Shown in pieces: positions 52,416-61,118 of a DNA stretch of 64,000 bases. Position 1 is the first letter of the stretch; each line of letters begins with the position of its first letter. Below the pieces are notes generated by a model that saw nothing but the letters and a program-made list of their open reading frames with translations, was not told the DNA's origin and searched no databases. Origin of the DNA: an uncultured Flavobacteriaceae bacterium (GTDB lineage Bacteria; Bacteroidota; Bacteroidia; Flavobacteriales; Flavobacteriaceae). The translations under genes were made by a program, and so were the position numbers. The stretch covers positions 15,069 through 79,068 of the forward strand of contig CAXYDM010000025.1 in the NCBI GenBank assembly GCA_964275595.1. The letters run 5' to 3'.

Positions 52416-52760
52416 ATGAAAAACTCAATTAAAATCTTTGCACTATTAATTTTATTCTCATTTAACTCTAACGCGCAAAATAACTATCAAATAAAAAAAG
52501 CTACTACGTTTTCTGAACATGCTGCTACTCAGTTAGAATTGTCTGATGAAGATCAAAAGTTTATCTATGATACTTACATTGCTAAATTCATGAATGATAG
52601 AGAAAATATTTTCGGAAAAGATTTGTCAAACGAAGAAAAAAGAGCTGTTTACAAAGCATCTAGTAAGAAAATTAGGCAATCTATGAGAGTTAGGTTTGAT
52701 CAACCAACTACTGCCGCAATAATGAAATCTATATTAGAGCTTCAGAAAAAAAATCAGTAA
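52416..52760 (+). CDS. secreted hypothetical protein
   Basis: 114 aa; signal peptide MKNSIKIFALLILFSFNSNAQ; helical, Lys/Glu-rich; no family recognised. Confidence 0.5.
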   Translation: MKNSIKIFALLILFSFNSNAQNNYQIKKATTFSEHAATQLELSDEDQKFIYDTYIAKFMNDRENIFGKDLSNEEKRAVYKASSKKIRQSMRVRFDQPTTAAIMKSILELQKKNQ

Positions 52761-52763
52761 TTT

Positions 52764-54764
52764 TTGAGATATACTTTTTACATACTTTTAATATCTTTTA
52801 ACCCATTAATTTCTCAAACTTCACCTCAAGAGATTGTGAATTTAATGGGTAGAGGTATAAATATGGGCAATGTATTGTCAGCTCCTACAGAGGGTAACTG
52901 GGCGTATCCTGTTTACGAAGACTATTTTGTTCAATTATCAGAGGCTGGTTTTACTAATGTTAGAATTCCAGTAGATTTTTATAGTGGTGGATTTCTTAAT
53001 CCTGATTATAGTATAAATGGATCTGAAAGGTCTAATATTAATATTGAAGGGTGTACTAGTAATAACTGTTTTTCATCAGAAGCCAATACTTTTTCAAATT
53101 ATGAGGGTTCATTAGATGATTACTCTGTTAACGAAGATTATTTAGATAGAGTTCAGCAGATTGTTGACTGGGCGATAACTCACAACATAATAGTTGTATT
53201 AGATTTTCACGGAAATAACCTTAAACAAGAATTTGTATATACATTTGAAAATGAGGAAATAAATGGGGTTAATTATTACACTAACCCAACTTCAGCTAAA
53301 AGGTTAGCTGATATTAATAGATTTAAAGCTATTTGGAGAGATATTTCTAATAGATTTAAAGATTACTCGACTAATAGTTTAGTTTTTGATTTAATCAATG
53401 AACCCTACTTTTCTGTTTCTGCTAATGAAATGAACGATTTAAACTTATCTCTAATTGAAATAGTTAGAGCATCAGGGTCTAATAATTTAACACGATCAAT
53501 AATTATAAACGGAGGAGGAGCGTCTAGTTGGGAAGTGCCATTTGAAATTAGTTCAGAAGTTCTTAATTCAGATGACTATTTGATAGCATCCTTTCATTAT
53601 TACCAACCATTTAATTTTACTGCATCTTCTAGAGAACAATATAATAATTTTGAGTTTTCTCAAACTCAAAAAGATTTAATTACTGATAGGTTTATTCAGC
53701 TTAAAACTTGGTCTGAAGGTAATGATATCCCAATATACCTTGGTGAATTCGGTGCTGATAATGAAAATGGAGTTAATTATTTTCAAGGATCAGTTGGTGA
53801 ATTTGGAGGGCCATTTAATTCTGATCGCGTTGAATATCATAGATTTATAGCTGAAGAGGCTATTGTTAATGACTTTGCATTTTCAGCATGGTGTGCAAGT
53901 AATAAGTCTTCCAAAACTATTAATCTTAGAAATGACAATCCTAATAATAGCAGTATTGACCCTTATTCTGGTGAAATAATTACTGAGAACTGGGTAAATG
54001 ATGTTAAAGAGGCTTTAATAGGGTGTCCAGAAAATGAGCTCATTCAAAATCCAGATTTTGATTGTATCAGTATTAACAATAGTTGGAGTTTAACAAATTA
54101 TGGTGGTGCAGATGCTGATTATACTGATGCGTTTGAAGAATCTTTTCTAGAATCATCCTCTTTTGTAAATGTTCAAAGTTTAGCAACAAACAATTCTGGT
54201 TTTAACAAAGTTATATTAAATAATGTCAATTATAACGAAGATTTGAATGGTAAAACCGTGAATATTAAGTTTTATGCTAAAACTGCAGCGGAAGAACCTG
54301 CATCATCTTTTAAAGTAAGAATTAAAAAGGGGAGTACTGGTAATAATTATTCTGTGTCTGATGAAATATTTTTATCTAACAATTATGAATTAAATGAAGT
54401 TGAATTTGATATTAATGAGTATTTCGATAGTTATAAGCTTCAATTATTATGTGGTAATGAAACAGGCTACTATTATTTTGACAGTTTTGATGTGACTATC
54501 TCTGACAATAATATGTCTGCAGAAGAAATTATAAACGATGTAATTCAAGTTTACCCTAATCCAACTACTGGATTAGTTAATTTAAATTTTAAGAATATAA
54601 GTAATCTCAATTTTGAGATATTTTCAATTAATGGAAAATTAATAAAAAATTATACTGATTATAGACATAACCAAGTCGACTTTAATTACTTAGATAATGG
54701 GGTGTATTTTATACGATTTTATATAAATAATAAAGTTGTTGTTAAAAAAATGATTAAAAAATAA
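52764..54764 (+). CDS. GH5 endo-glycanase with CBM4_9-like module and T9SS C-terminal sorting domain
   Basis: 666 aa, TTG start. GINMGNVLSAPTEGNW; acid/base FDLINEP; nucleophile IYLGEFGA. Mid-region NPDFD...W beta-sandwich module. C-terminus VYPNPTTGLVNLNF...GVYFIRF...KKMIKK. Confidence 0.85.
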   Translation: MRYTFYILLISFNPLISQTSPQEIVNLMGRGINMGNVLSAPTEGNWAYPVYEDYFVQLSEAGFTNVRIPVDFYSGGFLNPDYSINGSERSNINIEGCTSNNCFSSEANTFSNYEGSLDDYSVNEDYLDRVQQIVDWAITHNIIVVLDFHGNNLKQEFVYTFENEEINGVNYYTNPTSAKRLADINRFKAIWRDISNRFKDYSTNSLVFDLINEPYFSVSANEMNDLNLSLIEIVRASGSNNLTRSIIINGGGASSWEVPFEISSEVLNSDDYLIASFHYYQPFNFTASSREQYNNFEFSQTQKDLITDRFIQLKTWSEGNDIPIYLGEFGADNENGVNYFQGSVGEFGGPFNSDRVEYHRFIAEEAIVNDFAFSAWCASNKSSKTINLRNDNPNNSSIDPYSGEIITENWVNDVKEALIGCPENELIQNPDFDCISINNSWSLTNYGGADADYTDAFEESFLESSSFVNVQSLATNNSGFNKVILNNVNYNEDLNGKTVNIKFYAKTAAEEPASSFKVRIKKGSTGNNYSVSDEIFLSNNYELNEVEFDINEYFDSYKLQLLCGNETGYYYFDSFDVTISDNNMSAEEIINDVIQVYPNPTTGLVNLNFKNISNLNFEIFSINGKLIKNYTDYRHNQVDFNYLDNGVYFIRFYINNKVVVKKMIKK

Positions 54765-54765
54765 A

Positions 54766-56370
54766 TTAATTGTTTTTCTTAGAATTCATTTCTGTGTAAA
54801 CACGCTTTATTCTAGTGTCAGTCATTTTTCTCATTTCATCTAAACTCATATCATCCTTATATTTGACTTGAAGTTGATTTATTTTGGATTTTAAGTCTTT
54901 AGTTATCTTTGCGTATCCCTCTTTTCCGTATAGATTATTTAATTCATCTTTATCATTATCTAAATCAAATAATTCCCATTCATCCATATTGTAATAATAA
55001 TGAATTAACTTAAACCTATCTGTTCTAACTCCATAATGAGGTTGTACTTTATGCCAGAAAGGATATTCGTAATAGTGATAATAAACTGCATCTCTTTTAG
55101 AGTATTTTTTGTCGAAAAGCTGTTTTTTAAAGCTTTCTCCTTGCATATCTTTAGGAGGTTTTATCCCTGCTAAATCTAATATTGTAGGAGCAAAATCAAC
55201 ATTAACAATAAGCTCATTATTAATACTATTTGATTTAATTTCTTTTGGGTATTTAATCATAAATGGCATTCTAAAAGAAGGTTCATACATCCATCTTTTG
55301 TCAAACCAACCATGCTCGCCAAGATAAAAACCTTGGTCAGAAGTATAAATGACAATAGTATTTTCATCTAAGTTATTTTCTTTCAAATAATCTAACATTT
55401 TACCTACCGATTCATCAACCCCAGCAACACATCTAAGGTAATCTTTAAGGTATCTTTGATACTTCCATTTTTTTAGGTCCTCTCCCTGAAGAGTATCATT
55501 TGGTGTCCAAAACTCCCCGTTATTACCAAATCTGTTCCATTTCCCTAATTCTCTTGGAGATAAACCTTTAGGTGGCGTTAGCTTTAAGTCTTTTCTGTTC
55601 ATGTGATTTTCAATCTCAAGCATATTTTCAGATGCAGCTAAACGACCTTCGTAATCATCATTAAAAGTATCAGGATATGGCAAATCATCACTGAACAATG
55701 TGTCAAATTTAGGGTTTGGAGTCCATGGCCTGTGAGGTGCTTTAAATTGATACATTAACATAAAAGGTTTGTTCTTGTCTCTTTTGTTATCTAGCCAATT
55801 TAAAGCATCATAAGCTACTTGCTCAGTAGAATGTCTTTTATTTTCTCTTATAGTATCTTTTCCATTTTCTAAAAATATAGTATTAAAATAAGTGCCTTGA
55901 CCTCCATGATTGATCATTACCTTGGAATAGTCAAATCCAGTTGGATTAGTGCCAAGATGCCATTTTCCAATAACAGCAGTCTGGTATCCATTTTTCTGTA
56001 AAATCTTAGGAAAAGTTTGTTGACTTCCGTCAAAATCACCACCACCTTCATTCTTGTAAAACCCATTAATGTGAGCATATTTTCCAGTTAAAATTGCCGC
56101 TCTACTTGGGCCACAAATACTGTTAGTATTGAATGTACTATTCATAAGCATTCCTTCCTCTGCAATTCTATCAATATTTGGAGTTGGAGCTGTCTCTGCT
56201 AACCAGTCATTGTATGCACTTACAGCACTTACAGCATGATCATCTGCCATTATAAATACAATATTTGGTGGATTATCTTGCTGGATAGAAGGTTTTACGC
56301 TAAAAGTAAAAAGTATAGATATTGAAACTATGATCAATATGTTTCTCGAGTTTAAAATTTGTTTTTTCAA
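54766..56370 (-). CDS. S1 formylglycine sulfatase
   Basis: 534 aa; signal peptide; NIVFIMADDH, FGly motif CGPSRAAILTG, YTSDQGF. Confidence 0.88.
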   Translation of the reverse strand: MKKQILNSRNILIIVSISILFTFSVKPSIQQDNPPNIVFIMADDHAVSAVSAYNDWLAETAPTPNIDRIAEEGMLMNSTFNTNSICGPSRAAILTGKYAHINGFYKNEGGGDFDGSQQTFPKILQKNGYQTAVIGKWHLGTNPTGFDYSKVMINHGGQGTYFNTIFLENGKDTIRENKRHSTEQVAYDALNWLDNKRDKNKPFMLMYQFKAPHRPWTPNPKFDTLFSDDLPYPDTFNDDYEGRLAASENMLEIENHMNRKDLKLTPPKGLSPRELGKWNRFGNNGEFWTPNDTLQGEDLKKWKYQRYLKDYLRCVAGVDESVGKMLDYLKENNLDENTIVIYTSDQGFYLGEHGWFDKRWMYEPSFRMPFMIKYPKEIKSNSINNELIVNVDFAPTILDLAGIKPPKDMQGESFKKQLFDKKYSKRDAVYYHYYEYPFWHKVQPHYGVRTDRFKLIHYYYNMDEWELFDLDNDKDELNNLYGKEGYAKITKDLKSKINQLQVKYKDDMSLDEMRKMTDTRIKRVYTEMNSKKNN

Positions 56371-56601
56371 GGTCTTAAATTTCTAATAATAATTATATTT
56401 TAAAATTAATATTTTTATATATAAATTTTAATTGTTTAAATGAAAATATTGAAGCTATTACATTTAATAATCATTAAATAAGTGTTAATTTTCAAACATT
56501 ACTTCAAATATTATATTATTGATCTAGTTTCTTTTAATATATATGTTGTTAATTAATTATTTTTATACTAATGAATCATAATAAAGCTTTTACCACTTTT
56601 A

Positions 56602-58044
56602 TTGATTAATTTTTTTGTTTACTCACAGAAAAATAACACTTCGCCAAATTTTTTATTTATTCTTGTCGATGATCTTCCACACGATGCTAACGGTTTTTCT
56701 GGAAGATATCCATTTTTAAAAACACCAAATATAGATAGATTAGCAAATGAAGGAGTTAATGTTAAGAATTTTTTTGTTACACAATCTATATGCTCTCCAT
56801 CTAGAGCTAGTTTTTTAAATGGAACATATCCACATATTCACGGCGTCAATCAAAACAACCGTCATGTAGATCCAGACTGGAATAAATTCCCTTCTTATGC
56901 AACACACTTACAAAAACAAGGCTATCAATCAGCACATATTGGTAAAATTCATATGGCACACAGTAAAGGAAAAAAACATATAAGACCAGGTTTTGATTAT
57001 TGGTATAGCTTTAATGGTCAGGGTGATTACTTTAACCCTAAGATAAATGACAATGGATTGGAATACCAAGAAAATGGTTATATAACTGATATTTTGACAG
57101 ATAAAACTGTTTATTGGTTAAAAAATAAAAGAGAAGAAAATAAACCATTTGTTCTAAATCTATGGCATAAAGCTGTTCATGAAAAGCATCTTCCGGCTCC
57201 TAGACACAAAGGCTTATATATAGGGGAAAACCTTCCTTTACCACCATTTGACACACATAAAGAAACTTTTGATGGTAAACCTGAGTGGCAAAGAAAAAAA
57301 ACTTATGGCGCTAAATGGAAAAATTATTTACCCATTCCAGAAAAACTAGAAGAACTTAAGTGGCCAATTCGATATCAAAAAAACATTAAATTACTAAGGA
57401 GTTTGGCTGCTGTAGATGAGTCAATTGGAACTGTTTTGAAAACTTTAGAAGAATTAGGTGAATTAGAAAATACTGTAGTGATTTTTAGCAGTGACAACGG
57501 ATATTTTATGGGTGAACATACTTTTAAAGACAAAAGATTAGCTTATGAGAATTCTATGAGAGTGCCAATGTTAATTCGTTACCCTAAGATTTTTAAAGAT
57601 AAGTCAGTGGTTGATGAGCAATGCTTAAACATAGATTTAGCCCCCACAATTTTAGATATAGCTGGAATTGAAAAACCAGATTATATGCAAGGAGAATCTA
57701 TGTTGGATTTATTGATTGGTAAGTCTGATTCTGATTGGAGGAATTCATTTTTATTTGAATACTACAGGGACTCTGAATGGCCTCATGCAGGTCCAAATCA
57801 AGTTGCCGTTAGAACTATGGAGTTTAAATTAGTTGAATCATTTATTGAAAATGATATCGATGAATTATATGATTTAGTAAATGACCCTGGTGAAATGAAT
57901 AATTTAATAAATGATTCTAGATTCGATGAAAAAGAAAATGAATTACGACTAGAATCATTAAGGCTTCAAAAAAAATATAAATACAATCCAGACAGAGATT
58001 GGCATTTGAGAACAATAGTAAAAAATAGAAAACTTAATAATTGA
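56602..58044 (+). CDS. S1 formylglycine sulfatase (probable true start 56571, see findings)
   Basis: 480 aa from a TTG. FLFILVDDLPHD, FGly motif CSPSRASFLNG, FSSDNGY. The annotated start leaves no signal peptide. Confidence 0.85.
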   Translation: MINFFVYSQKNNTSPNFLFILVDDLPHDANGFSGRYPFLKTPNIDRLANEGVNVKNFFVTQSICSPSRASFLNGTYPHIHGVNQNNRHVDPDWNKFPSYATHLQKQGYQSAHIGKIHMAHSKGKKHIRPGFDYWYSFNGQGDYFNPKINDNGLEYQENGYITDILTDKTVYWLKNKREENKPFVLNLWHKAVHEKHLPAPRHKGLYIGENLPLPPFDTHKETFDGKPEWQRKKTYGAKWKNYLPIPEKLEELKWPIRYQKNIKLLRSLAAVDESIGTVLKTLEELGELENTVVIFSSDNGYFMGEHTFKDKRLAYENSMRVPMLIRYPKIFKDKSVVDEQCLNIDLAPTILDIAGIEKPDYMQGESMLDLLIGKSDSDWRNSFLFEYYRDSEWPHAGPNQVAVRTMEFKLVESFIENDIDELYDLVNDPGEMNNLINDSRFDEKENELRLESLRLQKKYKYNPDRDWHLRTIVKNRKLNN

Positions 58045-58069
58045 AGAAAATAATTTTAATTCAAGATAG

Positions 58070-59521
58070 ATGCGTTTGAAATTAACATTTTTAATATTTT
58101 TTTTAGCAACTCTTTGTTTTTCTCAGGAAAATATTAAGAAGCCTAACGTTTTATTATTATATATGGATGACTTAAGACCTGAGTTAAACTCCTATGGTGC
58201 AACTCATATTTATAGTCCTAACATAGATAAATTGTCTAAAGTAGGTGTTCAATTTAATGAAGCCTATGCAAATGTTGCAGTGTGTGGAGCCTCCAGGGCA
58301 AGTATGCTCACTGGTATTTATCCAAGTAGAAATTATTTTATAGATTATAAAACTAGGGCAGATGTAGAAAAAAAAGAAATCGTTTCACTCGCGAAACATT
58401 TGAAAAATAATGGATACACAACTATATCTAATGGAAAAATATACCATTTTTTAGATGATAAATGGGAAGATTGGGATGAGGTGTGGAGGCCATATGCTTT
58501 TGAAGGTCCAAAAGAAATTAAACCTATAGATTGGTGGGAATCCTTATGGAAAGATTACCAAACCAAAGAAAATAAAGATTTAGAAAATCTTACTGGAAAG
58601 GGACCTGCTTTTGAAGAAGCTTTTGTAGAGGATAGTATTTTAATTGATGGATTATTAACTAATAAGGTTATTAGTGATATTAAAAGATTAAAAAATGAAT
58701 CCTCTCCATTTTTTCTTACAGCTGGTTTTATATCAAATCACTTACCATTTATAGCTCCTAAAAGGTTTTGGGAAATGTATGATTTTGATGCTATTCAACT
58801 TCCTTCTAACGATAGTCCTCCCTTTAATGTTCCTGCCATTTCTATAAGTAATAATGGAGAATTAATTAATGGTTATTCTGGAATACCTAAAAAGGGAGAT
58901 TTGCCAGTGGGTTTGTCTAAAAAATTAAAACACGGATATTATGCAACTGTTTCTTATGTCGATCACTTAGTTGGAAAAATTATTAATACACTTAAAGAGG
59001 AAGAGCTTTCGGAAAATACTATAATAATATTTGTTTCCGATCATGGTTTTAACTTAAAGGAACATTCTCAGTGGGGAAAATATACTAGTCATAGAATTTC
59101 TGGAAGAGTTCCTTTAATAATATATGACCCAAGAAATAAGTCTACAAGCAATTCTAATTCGCTTGTTGAATTGGTGGATATTTATCCTACATTATTAGAG
59201 CTTTTAGATTTAAAGAACCCAAAACATAAACTTGACGGAAAGAGCCTTGTCAATATTTTAAAAAACCCATCATATGAGATCAAAAGTCATGTTTTTATGA
59301 AAAACGCAAAAGGTTATACAATTAAAACAGCTAATTATTCTTATACAGAATATTTAAAGCTTAAAGACAACAGTAAATTTGTTGGTAATATGTTATTCGA
59401 TCACAAGAGTGATATAAATGAAACTATTAATCTTTCTAACGATATAAGATATAAAAATGTAGTAGACTCACTCAGTAATTTATTGTACAGTAGATATCAA
59501 TTTAATATATATGGACAATGA
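58070..59521 (+). CDS. S1 formylglycine sulfatase (iduronate-2-sulfatase-like)
   Basis: 483 aa; signal peptide; VLLLYMDDLRPE, FGly motif CGASRASMLTG, HLPFIAPKRFWEMY, VSDHGF. Confidence 0.88.
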   Translation: MRLKLTFLIFFLATLCFSQENIKKPNVLLLYMDDLRPELNSYGATHIYSPNIDKLSKVGVQFNEAYANVAVCGASRASMLTGIYPSRNYFIDYKTRADVEKKEIVSLAKHLKNNGYTTISNGKIYHFLDDKWEDWDEVWRPYAFEGPKEIKPIDWWESLWKDYQTKENKDLENLTGKGPAFEEAFVEDSILIDGLLTNKVISDIKRLKNESSPFFLTAGFISNHLPFIAPKRFWEMYDFDAIQLPSNDSPPFNVPAISISNNGELINGYSGIPKKGDLPVGLSKKLKHGYYATVSYVDHLVGKIINTLKEEELSENTIIIFVSDHGFNLKEHSQWGKYTSHRISGRVPLIIYDPRNKSTSNSNSLVELVDIYPTLLELLDLKNPKHKLDGKSLVNILKNPSYEIKSHVFMKNAKGYTIKTANYSYTEYLKLKDNSKFVGNMLFDHKSDINETINLSNDIRYKNVVDSLSNLLYSRYQFNIYGQ

Positions 59522-60936
59522 GACTAAACTCTATAACTACATTATTTTTTCTTTTTTCTTTTTTTTCTTTTTCTAATGTATATAAAAAAGAAAATAGCCC
59601 AAATTTTATTATAATATTGGTGGATGATCAGGGTTGGAACGGAACTTCTGTTCAAATGATGGATAATGAAATCAATTCTAAAAGTGATTTTTATCAAACC
59701 CCAAATATTGAAAAATTAGCCAAAAAAGGTATTCGTTTTTCTAGTGCCTATGCTAGTGCTCCAGTTTGTGCTCCCTCTAGATATAGTATTCAATTCGGTC
59801 AAACTCCAGCCAGATTAAAAATGATTAGAGTAGGTATGAATACTTCTCACATTAATCACTTAACTGATTTAACTATCCCTAAACAACTAAAGTCAATAAA
59901 TCCAAATTATGTAACTGCCCATTTTGGCAAGTGGGGAATGGGTTCGAGTCCTTCAGTTCTTGGTTATGATGAAAGTGATGGTGCTACTGGAAACAAGGAT
60001 GGTGTTTTTACTCAAAAACCTCAAGGAGTCCAATGGGAAAACACAATTGATGAAGATCCAAAAAAAATGTTTAGTATAACAAAAAATGCTATTGATTTTA
60101 TAGATAGGCAAACTGAGTCGAATAACCCATTTTTCTTACAACTTTCGCATTATGCAGTACATTCTAATATTGAGATGAGAGAGGAAACATTAAAAAAATA
60201 TAAGAATGTTCCAAAAGGTAAATATCAAAAACATGCTGGTTTTGCTGCGATGACAGAAGATTTAGATAATAGCTTGGGTTTACTATTTGATAAGATTGAA
60301 GAATTAGGTATTGGAGATAATACCTATATTATTTACACTTCAGATAACGGCTCTGTTCCGATAATGCCACCAAAAAGATTTTATAAAGAAAGTTATAATT
60401 ATCCATTAAGTAGGGGTAAGTGGGATGCAAATGAAGGAGGGATTAGAGTTCCATTTATTGTTGTTGGTCCTGGAATTAAAAAAAATGTAGAGTCAAAATC
60501 TATTATATCATTTAGTGATATTTTACCTACTATTATTGATTTAGCAGGAAAAAAAATTAAGGATAACAAGAATCTCGATGGTGGGAGTTTAAAAGCTGTA
60601 TTTAAGAACCATAAAAAAACTAAGGTTAAAAGAAGTCATGATGGCTTGTTTTTTCATGTTCCTTATGAAAATGGTATTGCACTAAAAAGAGCTCATTCGG
60701 CAGTTATTTTAGAAAATTTTAAACTCATCAAATTTTATGACAATGGCCAATTAATGCTATTTGATTTAGATATAGATTTAGCTGAAAAAACTGACCTATT
60801 TTCTATTAATATAAATAAAGCTTTGGAGCTAGAGTTATTACTAGATAATTATTTAAAAAAAGTAAAAGCTCCAAAGTGGAAGCCAGGAATTCATTGGCGT
60901 AACAAACCAATTAAATTAATTAACTCTTTTCATTAG
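59518..60936 (+). CDS. S1 formylglycine sulfatase (arylsulfatase A-like)
   Basis: 472 aa; signal peptide; FIIILVDDQGWN, FGly motif CAPSRYSIQFG, YTSDNGS. 4-nt overlap with the preceding sulfatase gene. Confidence 0.88.
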   Translation: MRLNSITTLFFLFSFFSFSNVYKKENSPNFIIILVDDQGWNGTSVQMMDNEINSKSDFYQTPNIEKLAKKGIRFSSAYASAPVCAPSRYSIQFGQTPARLKMIRVGMNTSHINHLTDLTIPKQLKSINPNYVTAHFGKWGMGSSPSVLGYDESDGATGNKDGVFTQKPQGVQWENTIDEDPKKMFSITKNAIDFIDRQTESNNPFFLQLSHYAVHSNIEMREETLKKYKNVPKGKYQKHAGFAAMTEDLDNSLGLLFDKIEELGIGDNTYIIYTSDNGSVPIMPPKRFYKESYNYPLSRGKWDANEGGIRVPFIVVGPGIKKNVESKSIISFSDILPTIIDLAGKKIKDNKNLDGGSLKAVFKNHKKTKVKRSHDGLFFHVPYENGIALKRAHSAVILENFKLIKFYDNGQLMLFDLDIDLAEKTDLFSININKALELELLLDNYLKKVKAPKWKPGIHWRNKPIKLINSFH

Positions 60937-61045
60937 GTTTTTGTTTTTTTATTAATAACTATATTTTCTTCATATATGCTATTTTTTTACTCAATATTTA
61001 CATTAATCTGTTAATTCACTGTTGTTTATTTTTTTTTAATAGTAG

Positions 61046-61053
61046 TAATTTTG
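61046..61053 (+). promoter_or_regulatory. possible Bacteroidota -7 promoter box (TAnnTTTG) for gene B
   Basis: TAATTTTG about 66 nt upstream of the ATG at 61119. Weak evidence in AT-rich DNA. Confidence 0.2.
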
Positions 61054-61118
61054 TTATATTGTAAGCTTATTCTTAAAAGTAAATACACAAATAACTATTA
61101 TTAACCTAAAATTAAATT

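Noticed and set aside
1833-55327. Short ORFs in the track that lie antisense to, or out of frame within, longer well-supported genes: 1833-2021, 2363-2620, 4309-4545, 5834-6052, 7645-7857, 10143-10367, 10491-10676, 14937-15170, 15630-15812, 16613-16846, 21101-21376, 24530-24766, 25518-25724, 29214-29405, 30773-31033, 38096-38281, 39149-39385, 42987-43217, 43521-43733, 46997-47221, 48460-48666, 55109-55327
   Set aside because: Each is fully embedded in a longer ORF with clear family motifs on the other strand or frame. Their translations are low-complexity or Leu/Ile/Ser/Phe-rich, as expected for shadow ORFs in AT-rich DNA. No start context or family resemblance supports them.
27791-56640. Programmed ribosomal frameshifting or recoding as the explanation for the many split genes
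   Set aside because: The sites share no common slippery heptamer or downstream structure. They include +2, +1 and -1 events, some outside homopolymers. They affect unrelated gene families that are intact single ORFs in other bacteria.
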